Positions 1 to 7,674 of a DNA stretch of 52,874 bases are shown one piece after another. Source of the stretch: Mycobacterium phage prophiT46-1; sequence record OQ417976.1; one strand, 5' to 3'. Below the pieces are notes generated by a model that worked only from the letters and a program-made list of their open reading frames with translations, did not search any database and was not told where the DNA came from. The position numbers and the translations under genes were made by a program. Each line of letters begins with the position of its first letter. The first letter of the stretch is position 1.

Positions 1-24
1 CGGGTTCAATTCCCGGCAGCTCCA
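1..24 (+). tRNA. 3'-terminal fragment of a tRNA gene (T-arm plus acceptor strand); body is outside the window
   Basis: GGGTTCAATTCCC matches a T-stem/loop (T-loop TTCAATT fits TTCRANY), followed by a 7-nt acceptor strand and a discriminator A. No CCA is encoded. The identity of the tRNA cannot be determined from this fragment. Confidence 0.35.
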
Positions 25-25
25 C
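1..25. repeat. attL core (direct repeat, 3' end of a tRNA gene)
   Basis: CGGGTTCAATTCCCGGCAGCTCCAC recurs exactly at 52850..52874. It contains a T-loop-like TTCAATT flanked by GGG/CCC followed by an acceptor 3' strand CAGCTCCA; the tRNA body would lie upstream of the window. Confidence 0.7.
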
Positions 26-60
26 GGAAAACGGCAGGTCAACCGGTAGATTTTTACCGG

Positions 61-1197
61 ATGGCCTGCCGTCAACAGTTCCGTCAACATATTATTGATT
101 GCGTGGCATCACTTCGCACGCGATACCGGGGCGACGGCAGCCCCTATTTCTCGGTCCTGTACCGGCTCGACGGCAAGCAGACCTCCCTGTCAGTTAACGA
201 TCAGCAGGAAGCCGAATACGCCTGCGAGCTAATGAACCGCCTCGGTCCCGCGCGGGCGCTGGAGATACTGAAAGTCAGCAGAGCGCCCCGCACGAAGCTG
301 ACCGTCGACGGATGGATCCGGCACCACATCGACCACCTGACAGGCGTCGACAAACGCACCATCGAGGACTACAACCGGTACCTGCGTAACGACATAGGGC
401 CTGCGCTCGGACCGGTCCCGCTGGATGACCTCACACGGGACGACATCGCGGGGTGGGTGCTGCAGATGCAGGACGATGAAGCCAGCCCGAAGACCATCGC
501 GAACAAACACGGGTTCCTGTCAGGGGCGTTGGCCGGCGCGGTTGCTTCGGGGAAGCTGAAGGCCAACCCGGCCGCAGGTATCCGGTTGCCGCAGAGCCAC
601 GCCAAGGAAATGGTGTTCCTGACGCGCGATCAGTTCGCCCACCTGAACAGTCATGTGACCGAGCCGTGGCAGCCGTTCGTCGAATTCCTGGTCGCTTCTG
701 GCTGCCGCCTCTCAGAGGCCACAGCGCTGCGCCCTGACGACGTTGATCGGGATGCGGGAACCGTGAGGATCTGGCAGTCGTGGCGCCGCGGCGGTGGAGG
801 GTATCGACTCGCGCCACCGAAGACAGAGCGGTCAAAACGAACGATCAACGTAGGCAAGGCGACCTTGGACAAGCTGACCTACACGGGGGAGTGGTTGTTC
901 ACCAACCCCGGCCGAGGCCGACGCGCCGAGGGTGGCCCGGTTCGGCCACCGAATCTGCGGGCAAACGTGTGGGCGCCTGCTGTGCAGCGGGCCGCGCTGC
1001 CGCAGAGCCCGCGTATCCACGACCTGCGACACACCTGTGCATCGTGGATGATTCTGGCCGGCGTCCCGCTGCCGGTCATCCAACGCCATCTCGGCCACGA
1101 ATCCATACAGACGACCGTCGACCTGTACGGCCACATAGACCGATCAAGCGCGGAGGCTGCCGCCAACGCCATCGCGAACATGCTCGCTACGGGGTGA
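61..1197 (+). CDS. int: Tyrosine integrase (phage integrase family)
   Basis: 378 aa. The C-terminal catalytic signature is present: R in ...GCRLSEATALRP..., the HxxR box HDLRHTCASW, and ...LGHESIQTTVDLYGH with the catalytic Tyr. It lies adjacent to attL. Confidence 0.9.
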   Translation: MACRQQFRQHIIDCVASLRTRYRGDGSPYFSVLYRLDGKQTSLSVNDQQEAEYACELMNRLGPARALEILKVSRAPRTKLTVDGWIRHHIDHLTGVDKRTIEDYNRYLRNDIGPALGPVPLDDLTRDDIAGWVLQMQDDEASPKTIANKHGFLSGALAGAVASGKLKANPAAGIRLPQSHAKEMVFLTRDQFAHLNSHVTEPWQPFVEFLVASGCRLSEATALRPDDVDRDAGTVRIWQSWRRGGGGYRLAPPKTERSKRTINVGKATLDKLTYTGEWLFTNPGRGRRAEGGPVRPPNLRANVWAPAVQRAALPQSPRIHDLRHTCASWMILAGVPLPVIQRHLGHESIQTTVDLYGHIDRSSAEAAANAIANMLATG

Positions 1198-1233
1198 GCT
1201 GACCACGCAAAGTCGATGCGGCCGGTCTCACGG

Positions 1234-2112
1234 TCACTCGAATAATCCCGGCTCCGTGGGGCGGTCGGTCAGCGCCAGCAGCCGGTATGCCCATCGGCCA
1301 GGCTTACCGGTATTTCGGACTAGTCGCACTCTCTCGATCTGTGCTTGGACCGGCTTGTCGACGTGTCGAATGACAGCGTCGGAAAGCTCTGGGTCGTATA
1401 CGCCTTCGTAGTCGCGGCCCTGTGCTTCGAGATAGAAAATCCTCCGACGGGTCCGCATTCCATCGAGTCGGCCTTCGACAGGAATTACGTCGCGCTCGTA
1501 TTTGCCATCGAGCAGGTCCGTGTTGATGGTCGCCGCCTGATCGCGCGTCATCACCCCGCCCGTGAGGGCTCCCGAGGAGGTGCTGACCGTGAGATCTACG
1601 GCAGCGGCAGCCTGCACCGCTTCAACTACATCTTTGACAACATTGAGCAGCGCTCGATCGTGAGCTGCAAGTGGCGCCACCGCCTCCGGGTCTGCCGATT
1701 CGGGGAGTATATTGACAAGCTCGATTGCCGCCCGTTCTGCTGGTGTCTCCGTGTGTGAGACGAACAACTGAGGGTTGGCGATGTCCAGGTTTTCAAACCC
1801 GAACTCGATGCGCCTGCCTATCTGGCGACGCGGGTAGAGACGTGCTCGGTCTTTGTCAGACTCTTGGACGATGTTTGCTTGCGAGAGTGGATCATGTAAA
1901 TGCTTTCCCATCCGTGCGACCGCATTCTGCATGTGGCGCGCGACAGCAGACAGCACATCGGCGTCGATATCACGATTAACGTCGACCGCCAAGAATGCAG
2001 GTTTGCGGCGACTGCCGAACTTGGTATCAGCTGCGGTCAGTGAAGCTCGGGCGAGTTTGTCGAGCCATGAGTCACCGTCGATCTGTGCCTGAGCTTCCTC
2101 AAATCTGCTCAT
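1234..2112 (-). CDS. Hypothetical protein; distal gene of the leftward lysogeny operon (unknown function)
   Basis: 292-aa ORF. Its start overlaps the stop of the upstream gene by 4 nt (ATGA coupling). It is convergent with int. No recognisable motif was found. Confidence 0.6.
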   Translation of the reverse strand: MSRFEEAQAQIDGDSWLDKLARASLTAADTKFGSRRKPAFLAVDVNRDIDADVLSAVARHMQNAVARMGKHLHDPLSQANIVQESDKDRARLYPRRQIGRRIEFGFENLDIANPQLFVSHTETPAERAAIELVNILPESADPEAVAPLAAHDRALLNVVKDVVEAVQAAAAVDLTVSTSSGALTGGVMTRDQAATINTDLLDGKYERDVIPVEGRLDGMRTRRRIFYLEAQGRDYEGVYDPELSDAVIRHVDKPVQAQIERVRLVRNTGKPGRWAYRLLALTDRPTEPGLFE

Positions 2113-2621
2113 AGCGCCACCTCGATATATCCCTTGACTGCGCCTTCAATTATCTCACCGTCATCGCCCTTTACCGCGGACCAGGTGTCGTGCCAAACAT
2201 CGTCTTGTCCGGGGTAACACAGGAAGGCGTCAAGCTCTCCAGCAAGCGGTTGTATGCGTTCGAAGCCAAGGTACAGCGGCTCACCGACAACTACATCTTG
2301 AAGCGTGAGCATCCCAAAGACACGGTCCCTCTCGCGTCCGGTGTAGGAGCGCAGATGGTCCCAGCTACCCGGCTTGATCACGACATCAACATCGAATGGG
2401 GCATGAGCCTTCGCCGTGACGAACCCTCCGTCAACCCACAGTTGGCATGGACCGATGATCCGTTTAGCCAGCTCAGTGAACGTGATGAGTGACCCAAATA
2501 GCTCTTGCCTGCGGGCGGTGTTGGGTGCTCCGATGACGCATCGGTCGTGGACGTCATCCATGGTGCCAGTGTGACGTCCGGGTGGAAGTAGCCCCTGGCT
2601 AGTCCACTCGGGCAGGCTCAC
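2109..2621 (-). CDS. Hypothetical protein with Pol-beta-type nucleotidyltransferase-like motifs (ELFGS ... DVDVVI); middle gene of the leftward operon
   Basis: 170-aa ORF, coupled at both ends by 4-nt ATGA overlaps. It contains an hFGS motif followed by DhDh (FDVDVVI), but the spacing is longer than in minimal nucleotidyltransferases, so the fold assignment is tentative. Confidence 0.6.
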   Translation of the reverse strand: MSLPEWTSQGLLPPGRHTGTMDDVHDRCVIGAPNTARRQELFGSLITFTELAKRIIGPCQLWVDGGFVTAKAHAPFDVDVVIKPGSWDHLRSYTGRERDRVFGMLTLQDVVVGEPLYLGFERIQPLAGELDAFLCYPGQDDVWHDTWSAVKGDDGEIIEGAVKGYIEVAL

Positions 2622-3778
2622 CGATGTTGCCTCTCGCCCCGCTTGGCGGTCTTTCGTTGGTGGATATCGGGGCCGGATTGCGCTAACCGACTGATCGGAT
2701 CGCCTGATGCGCCCTCGGACACCTCATCCCCCTCCCTACCCTTTGCCGGACTACTTTGCCCGATTTCCGTACTACTGTCTCGGTTTTCGGTCTCGACGGG
2801 GTCACGGGCGTGTCCAAGATTGGACTCGGCAGCTCGCTGGGCGCCTCGGAACAACCCGCCGCTACCTATCGCGGGGTCAGCATCCTGGTCTTCGTTAGCT
2901 TGCGGCGATGAAGGGCGCCTCAAATCCTCGATCGACGTAACGTCTCTGCCGACGGTCGGCCCCAGCATCCACTTCGAAGGCTCCAACCCGAGGCGTTCGG
3001 CTGCGGCGACTCCATCTGGTTCCCACCACCAATGCGCCCGCCACGGCTCGTCCTCTTCATCAAACTCGGCGCCGGGATCCCAGGGGGGCGTCCAGGGGCG
3101 CCCGTAGGTGACATCGTTAGTCATCTGTTGAACGGCGTCGAGTTCGGATTGTGCTTTAGCGAAGGGGATCGCCCGTGCACGCGCATACCCGAGCACTAGG
3201 TTCAGCATGCGGTTGCGTGCTTGCACCCACTCGGCGAAAACAGCTTCGGCTGATAGAAACTCGCCGTCTGGCCCAACGCCGAGATTTGGGTCCGGGCGTC
3301 TACGAATCTCCCGAGGCGGTAGTGGCGGATCGCCCTCTTGAGCGGGCAATCCCGCTGCCTGCCGCAGACGTGCAGCAGTACGCCGAGCAGATTCTTTCTG
3401 CTGAATGAGATCCTGAAGTTCCTCGACTGCGTCCTCGCGGCCTACATCGCGCAGCTCATCCGCAGTGGCACCGACCACTAGAGCCATTCGAGCCAGGGTT
3501 ACGGCGGGAGCGCGCACAGGGACGCGAAGATCCGCCGTTTCTTGCCTGTACCCCTTGATGATCTGACGCCAGCGAGAGTCGGACATATCCGCAGCCCTTG
3601 CTGCACTGCGTACCGACAGCTTTGGCCGGAACTGGGTACGCAGACGTTCTATCAACTCCGCTTCAGGTGGCTGCGTTGGTTCGCTCACCTGCACAGTGTC
3701 ACGCCTAACGGGGTGCGAAGTCCATCGGGCGCACCTTTCGTGGACTTTCGCAATTACACGCTTGTGATATTCGAACAC
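2618..3778 (-). CDS. HTH-containing protein, candidate immunity repressor/regulator with a long acidic Trp-rich C-terminal region
   Basis: 386 aa. It is transcribed divergently from the early lytic operon. Helix-turn-helix-like segments are LSVRSAARAADMSDSRWRQIIKGY and VTLARMALVVGATADEL. The C-terminus contains EEDEPWRAHWWWEPDG. It is the first gene of the coupled three-gene operon. Confidence 0.6.
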   Translation of the reverse strand: MFEYHKRVIAKVHERCARWTSHPVRRDTVQVSEPTQPPEAELIERLRTQFRPKLSVRSAARAADMSDSRWRQIIKGYRQETADLRVPVRAPAVTLARMALVVGATADELRDVGREDAVEELQDLIQQKESARRTAARLRQAAGLPAQEGDPPLPPREIRRRPDPNLGVGPDGEFLSAEAVFAEWVQARNRMLNLVLGYARARAIPFAKAQSELDAVQQMTNDVTYGRPWTPPWDPGAEFDEEDEPWRAHWWWEPDGVAAAERLGLEPSKWMLGPTVGRDVTSIEDLRRPSSPQANEDQDADPAIGSGGLFRGAQRAAESNLGHARDPVETENRDSSTEIGQSSPAKGREGDEVSEGASGDPISRLAQSGPDIHQRKTAKRGERQHR

Positions 3779-3820
3779 GCCTGATCGCGATACGTTTCCG
3801 CGTCAATCCGAAGACGTGTG

Positions 3821-3858
3821 TTGACGTACGCAGATGTGCGCACTATCTTTATGCGTAC
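3821..3858 (+). promoter_or_regulatory. Putative early rightward promoter with operator-like palindromes
   Basis: A -35-like TTGACG (3821..3826) and a -10-like TATCTT (3844..3849) are separated by a 17-nt spacer. The spacer holds the perfect 8-bp palindrome GTGCGCAC (3836..3843), nested inside the inverted repeats GTACGCA (3826..3832) and TGCGTAC (3852..3858). The element lies in the 114-bp divergent intergenic region. Confidence 0.4.
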
Positions 3859-3892
3859 CGAATCACCTCGGTGTAAGCCTCAAGGAGAGTTC

Positions 3893-4618
3893 ATGAGCGC
3901 ACCGCAGCTCTTCACAAATGGGGAGTTCGAACTCCCCGTCCTCCCGGACGGCGACAGCTTCCGCGTAAACGGAATGGTCGTCGCCCGCCAGCTGGGATTC
4001 CGATACGCGGCCGACATGGTCCGCACCCTCGCCGATGACGAAAAGGTCTTCATCGAAAAGCCCAGCTCGCCCCAGCACGCGAATTTGCGTGCTGGGGGTG
4101 ACCGGGGGGTTTGGTTCGTTACCGAGCCTGGCTTCTATAGGGCTGTCGGCCAGCGCAATGTCAACCTGATCAAGGACCGCAAGGTTCGAGACGCCGTCGC
4201 CCGCTTTCAGCGGTGGGTGTTCCACGAAGTCGTCCCCGCGATGGTCCGCAGCGGTCAAGTCGACGAATGCATGCTGTCCGGCACTACCTGGTCATGGGTT
4301 GATGTGTCTTTCGAGATCAGGCAGCGCTACGGGCTGGACTACTCGCCGTCGCGGACAGTCCGGAATGCCCGTGCGGCCGGATGGCTACGCAACGACGGCG
4401 CCGTTCCGAAGCACGCGCATCGGGGCCAATTCTGGTTTACAGGCACCGCGTACCACCTTCTGCCGCATGCGCTTCCGGACCTGGTGTCCGAAATGCTGCC
4501 AAAGCTACAGCAGATCGGCGACCCACAGGCGAACCAGTACCAACTGAACATTCTTCCATCACTTCGCGCGGTACCGGGCGGCGAATCAATCAATGACCGA
4601 GGGGAGGTCGAGTTCTGA
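3893..4618 (+). CDS. Bro-N domain antirepressor-like protein
   Basis: The RBS AAGGAGAG precedes the ATG at 3893. The N-terminus (LFTNGEFELPV...FRVNGMVVARQLGF...VWFVTEPGFYRAV...RFQRWVFHEVVP) matches the Bro-N/AntA pattern. The 3818 start in the ORF track looks like a 5' extension. Confidence 0.7.
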   Translation: MSAPQLFTNGEFELPVLPDGDSFRVNGMVVARQLGFRYAADMVRTLADDEKVFIEKPSSPQHANLRAGGDRGVWFVTEPGFYRAVGQRNVNLIKDRKVRDAVARFQRWVFHEVVPAMVRSGQVDECMLSGTTWSWVDVSFEIRQRYGLDYSPSRTVRNARAAGWLRNDGAVPKHAHRGQFWFTGTAYHLLPHALPDLVSEMLPKLQQIGDPQANQYQLNILPSLRAVPGGESINDRGEVEF

Positions 4619-4944
4619 TGGCGCAGAAGAGAATCAGTGAGTACGGCGTTTGGCAGGAACTCCGTGTCATTCGCACCAAAGACGGCCAGAGTCTGGCCGA
4701 GTTGTCCCGCACAAGCGGCATTAGCTTGGGCTACCTGTCTGATCTGGAAGGTGGACATCGCTGGCCGAATCCAACTCAGGTCAAGAAGGTCGCACTCGCC
4801 CTGAACTGCCCAGTCTCCGTTCTGGAGCGAACTCGAAGTGTCACTAGCGACGGAGAATCGGTCGCTTTGCGTGAACTGATCCGTGACGTTGTGCGCGAGG
4901 TGCTCGACGAACGTGCGGTCGAAAAGCTGGTGGTGTCGGCATGA
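4618..4944 (+). CDS. XRE-family HTH transcriptional regulator (Cro/C1-type)
   Basis: 108 aa. The HTH is QSLAELSRTSGISLGYLSDLEGG. The gene is coupled to the upstream gene by an ATGA overlap. Confidence 0.75.
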   Translation: MAQKRISEYGVWQELRVIRTKDGQSLAELSRTSGISLGYLSDLEGGHRWPNPTQVKKVALALNCPVSVLERTRSVTSDGESVALRELIRDVVREVLDERAVEKLVVSA

Positions 4945-5189
4945 CCGTGGCGACCTATCCGCTTGAGGAGGCGGCGGAACACTTCGGAAATTCGCCTGAA
5001 TGGCTCGCCCAACAGCTGAGGTCCGGGCGGTTCTCCGGGTACAAGGTCGGCCGGAAGTGGCGGATGTCCGATGCGGACATCGCCGATGCCCTGGAGAAGT
5101 GCCGTCGTGACGCGCGGCCTTCCGCGATCACGTCTGTCGGACCTCTGCTGAGTGCGACGGCGACAACACAGCGCCGATTCGCGTCTTAA
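4941..5189 (+). CDS. Excisionase-like / MerR-type HTH DNA-binding protein
   Basis: 82 aa. The small protein carries a winged-HTH-like segment (YKVGRKWRMSDADIADALE) and is coupled to the regulator gene. Confidence 0.55.
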   Translation: MTVATYPLEEAAEHFGNSPEWLAQQLRSGRFSGYKVGRKWRMSDADIADALEKCRRDARPSAITSVGPLLSATATTQRRFAS

Positions 5190-5210
5190 GACAACTGCCC
5201 CACCTGAAAA

Positions 5211-5250
5211 CGCTGGCGGTGCCTAACCGCCAAGAAAGCCACCGCCAGCG
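5211..5250 (+). terminator. Stable 11-bp stem hairpin (terminator or RNA structural element) between the immediate-early genes and the downstream operon
   Basis: CGCTGGCGGTG (5211..5221) and CACCGCCAGCG (5240..5250) are perfect reverse complements with an 18-nt loop. No U-tract follows. Confidence 0.35.
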
Positions 5251-5281
5251 TCCCTACCACCAACTCTACAAGGGAGTCGGC

Positions 5282-5653
5282 ATGCAACACCGTAGTTCTG
5301 CTCGTCCTACCCGTCTACTGATTGCCGCTGGTGTCGGCGCCACGGTGGCCGCGCTGGCCAGCCCAGCGCCCGCGCACGCCGATCCGGTCATCGACTACAC
5401 CGGCAAGACCGCGCCGACCGTGTGCGCGCTGCTGGACAGCACCCCGACATTCGGCGGGATCGCGGTCGTCGGGCAGCTGATCCATAACGACGGCCTCACC
5501 TACGAGGCGGCGGGCCGTGTCATCAAGCTCTCGATCGAAGCGTTCTGCCCGCGCCATGTCGCGTTGTGGAACCGGTTCGTGGACTCGGCGAACAGCCAAA
5601 CCCCCGACCACACACCCGCCGTTCCCGCACCCGCGCCCACTCGGGTCGCCTGA
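5282..5653 (+). CDS. Secreted protein with signal peptide (DUF732-like mycobacterial secreted protein)
   Basis: The RBS AAGGGAG precedes the ATG at 5282. The N-terminus (RLLIAAGVGATVAALASPAPAHA) is a typical Sec signal with an AxA cleavage site. The mature domain contains two Cys residues. Confidence 0.6.
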   Translation: MQHRSSARPTRLLIAAGVGATVAALASPAPAHADPVIDYTGKTAPTVCALLDSTPTFGGIAVVGQLIHNDGLTYEAAGRVIKLSIEAFCPRHVALWNRFVDSANSQTPDHTPAVPAPAPTRVA

Positions 5654-5862
5654 TGAGCACCGCCGTTGCCGAGTGCCCGCGTGAGGCGGTGCCGGAAACC
5701 TTGGACTGCCCGCGTGGTTGCGGATACCAGGTGCTCGCGAAACCCGTGACCGCCCAAGGCGTGTGGAATGCAGGGCCGTGGCGGATGCAGGTACATAACC
5801 GTGTCGCAGAGATTTTTGGGCGCTGCCCGGTGCCGCCGATGGTGGGGAAGGGGCAGCGCTGA
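5653..5862 (+). CDS. Hypothetical small Cys-containing protein
   Basis: Coupled by a TGATG overlap. 69 aa with CPRGCG. Confidence 0.4.
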   Translation: MSTAVAECPREAVPETLDCPRGCGYQVLAKPVTAQGVWNAGPWRMQVHNRVAEIFGRCPVPPMVGKGQR

Positions 5863-6194
5863 TGGGATTCGGACCCAACCCGGCTGATGTGCGTGCCGCA
5901 GAGGTCGCCGCGCAGGAGGCGCGCGACCGGCTCACGTCGAAACCGTTGACACCATTCGAAACTGAACTACTGGCCGTGCTCGGCGAAATCCGGGACGCGC
6001 TCAACGCAGCCGGAAACAGCGCTGGGGCTGTGACCGGACCAGGCGACGGCGGTGAAACGTCCCGCCGTCGCCAACCAAACGCGCCCGCCGCGCGTTCGAA
6101 ACAGTGCCCGTGCGGCCGGCAGGTCTACCTGGGCAGCGCTTCGGGTAAGTGGGTGCACATCGATGACGCCACACCTGCATGCGAGGTGGTCTGA
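5862..6194 (+). CDS. Hypothetical protein with C-terminal zinc-ribbon-like CPCG...C
   Basis: 110-aa ORF, translationally coupled. Confidence 0.5.
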   Translation: MGFGPNPADVRAAEVAAQEARDRLTSKPLTPFETELLAVLGEIRDALNAAGNSAGAVTGPGDGGETSRRRQPNAPAARSKQCPCGRQVYLGSASGKWVHIDDATPACEVV

Positions 6195-6395
6195 ATGCCT
6201 CGGCGTCCACCGCCGCCGGATACCGCGGACAAGATGTGGCGCGCTGCGGCGCTGCTGGCCGAGGTCAACCACGTGTACGGCGAAGACGTCCATTTCTCGT
6301 GGAGTGTTTTCGAGCTTCGGTTGACCGCGCAGCTGTTGGAGCATGCGCACGCGACGAGACGTAAGCCCAACGCCCGGAAACGGAAAACGTCATGA
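6195..6395 (+). CDS. Hypothetical protein
   Basis: 66 aa. The ATG follows the upstream stop by 1 nt. Confidence 0.4.
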   Translation: MPRRPPPPDTADKMWRAAALLAEVNHVYGEDVHFSWSVFELRLTAQLLEHAHATRRKPNARKRKTS

Positions 6396-6718
6396 CCGCC
6401 CCGGCGCTCGACGTCGATATCGCGGATCTGGTTGGCGCTATGCCGCAGCAGGTGTGCGAATGCGAACACTGCGAATCCCACCGACGCAGTGACGGACGCG
6501 GCTGTGACCGCACACCCAAGTGGGCGGTACGCATTCACACTCTGGCATGCATGTCCACGCTGGCTGAGCCGGACGAAATACAGGTGATGCTCTGTGGTCC
6601 GTGTTTCGAAGCCACTAACGCTTGGGCACTCGGTGCCGTCCATCGGCGCGTCAGGTGCGGATGCGGCAAGCGAGTTCAGGCTGTCGCCGATCTAGTTGGC
6701 CCGGTGGTGCACCTATGA
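6392..6718 (+). CDS. Hypothetical Cys-rich protein (CECEHCE...C...CGPC...CGCG)
   Basis: 108 aa with ATGA coupling. Several CxxC pairs suggest metal binding. Confidence 0.5.
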   Translation: MTAPALDVDIADLVGAMPQQVCECEHCESHRRSDGRGCDRTPKWAVRIHTLACMSTLAEPDEIQVMLCGPCFEATNAWALGAVHRRVRCGCGKRVQAVADLVGPVVHL

Positions 6719-7674
6719 CCGCGAACCCCACCACCGGAATCACCGGTATCTACACCAAACGCGATCCCGAGTTCCTGCAACCAGGTTCGGCGCAGTGGTC
6801 GAAGGTCATCACACCATCGAAAGTCGCTGCGATCCTCGGGGTTTCCCGCTACGAGTCGGCATACCGGCTATGGCACCGCATGCAGGGCATGGTCGATCCG
6901 GAACCACCCAAAGAGGTTTTCGACATCGGCCACGACCTCGAAGCGTATGCGGCGAACCGGTGGCGTCGCCGTAATCTCGGTTGGCGCCTTTCCGAAGGTG
7001 AAGTGCAGGTGCACATCGACCCCGACAAGTTCGGGTTTCCGTGCGTGGCCACAGTTGACCGGCGTGGTGTGCGGGGCCGATCGCGTCGGGTGGTCGAGTT
7101 CAAGTCGGCGCGGCACTTCAACGATCTGGAACTGTTCGGCGATGACCTGACCGGTGATTGCCCGGAGGACTATGCCGCTCAGGTGATGACGCAAATGTTG
7201 TTCACCGGCTGGACGGATCTGCCAGGGCATCTGCTGGTGGTGGGCCCGTACTACAACGAACGCATCTACGAAATCGAGTTCGACGCGAGCACCGCGGCGT
7301 GGATCCTCGATGAAGCGCAGAAGTTCTGGGGGCTGCTGAGGTCCGACAAGGTGCCGGACCTCGATAACACGGTGCACACCTACAGCTGCATCCGCGAGAT
7401 GAACCCCGAAATCGATGCGGACGCGACCACGGTCCTGGATGCGGCCGAGGCCCTGCAATTCGTCACGGCCAGACAGGAATTCGACCGCGCTGAAGAGAAC
7501 TATCAGGGCGCGAAAAACATGCTGATGAAACGCATGGAACGCGACAAGCGCGCCGAATTCGGCGGCGTCAAGATCGCGCACCGCCAGAAATCTAGAGGCT
7601 CGGTCGCGCTGCATGCGGCCAAAGGTGTCACCCCCGAACAAATCCGATTCCTGAACGGAGACAACCAGTCATGA
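6715..7674 (+). CDS. recE: RecE-like exonuclease (YqaJ / lambda-exonuclease-like viral recombinase nuclease)
   Basis: The N-terminus (WSKVITPSKVAAILGVSRYESAYRLW) matches the YqaJ family start. It lies immediately upstream of recT, as in the Che9c gp60/gp61 module. The internal ATG at 6715 is coupled to the preceding stop. Confidence 0.75.
   Translation: MTANPTTGITGIYTKRDPEFLQPGSAQWSKVITPSKVAAILGVSRYESAYRLWHRMQGMVDPEPPKEVFDIGHDLEAYAANRWRRRNLGWRLSEGEVQVHIDPDKFGFPCVATVDRRGVRGRSRRVVEFKSARHFNDLELFGDDLTGDCPEDYAAQVMTQMLFTGWTDLPGHLLVVGPYYNERIYEIEFDASTAAWILDEAQKFWGLLRSDKVPDLDNTVHTYSCIREMNPEIDADATTVLDAAEALQFVTARQEFDRAEENYQGAKNMLMKRMERDKRAEFGGVKIAHRQKSRGSVALHAAKGVTPEQIRFLNGDNQS

Noticed and set aside
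229-1181. Multiple minus-strand ORFs (229..510, 369..605, 431..835, 651..872, 832..1134, 879..1181) inside the integrase gene
   Set aside because: These are antisense open frames typical of high-GC DNA. They are Arg/Pro/Ala-rich with low-complexity translations. The integrase on the + strand has clear catalytic motifs.
1234-2112. Assignment of the distal operon protein as an AbiEii/MenT-type nucleotidyltransferase toxin because of its size (292 aa)
   Set aside because: No hG[GS] plus DxD motif pair could be found in it. Size alone is insufficient, so it is left as unknown.
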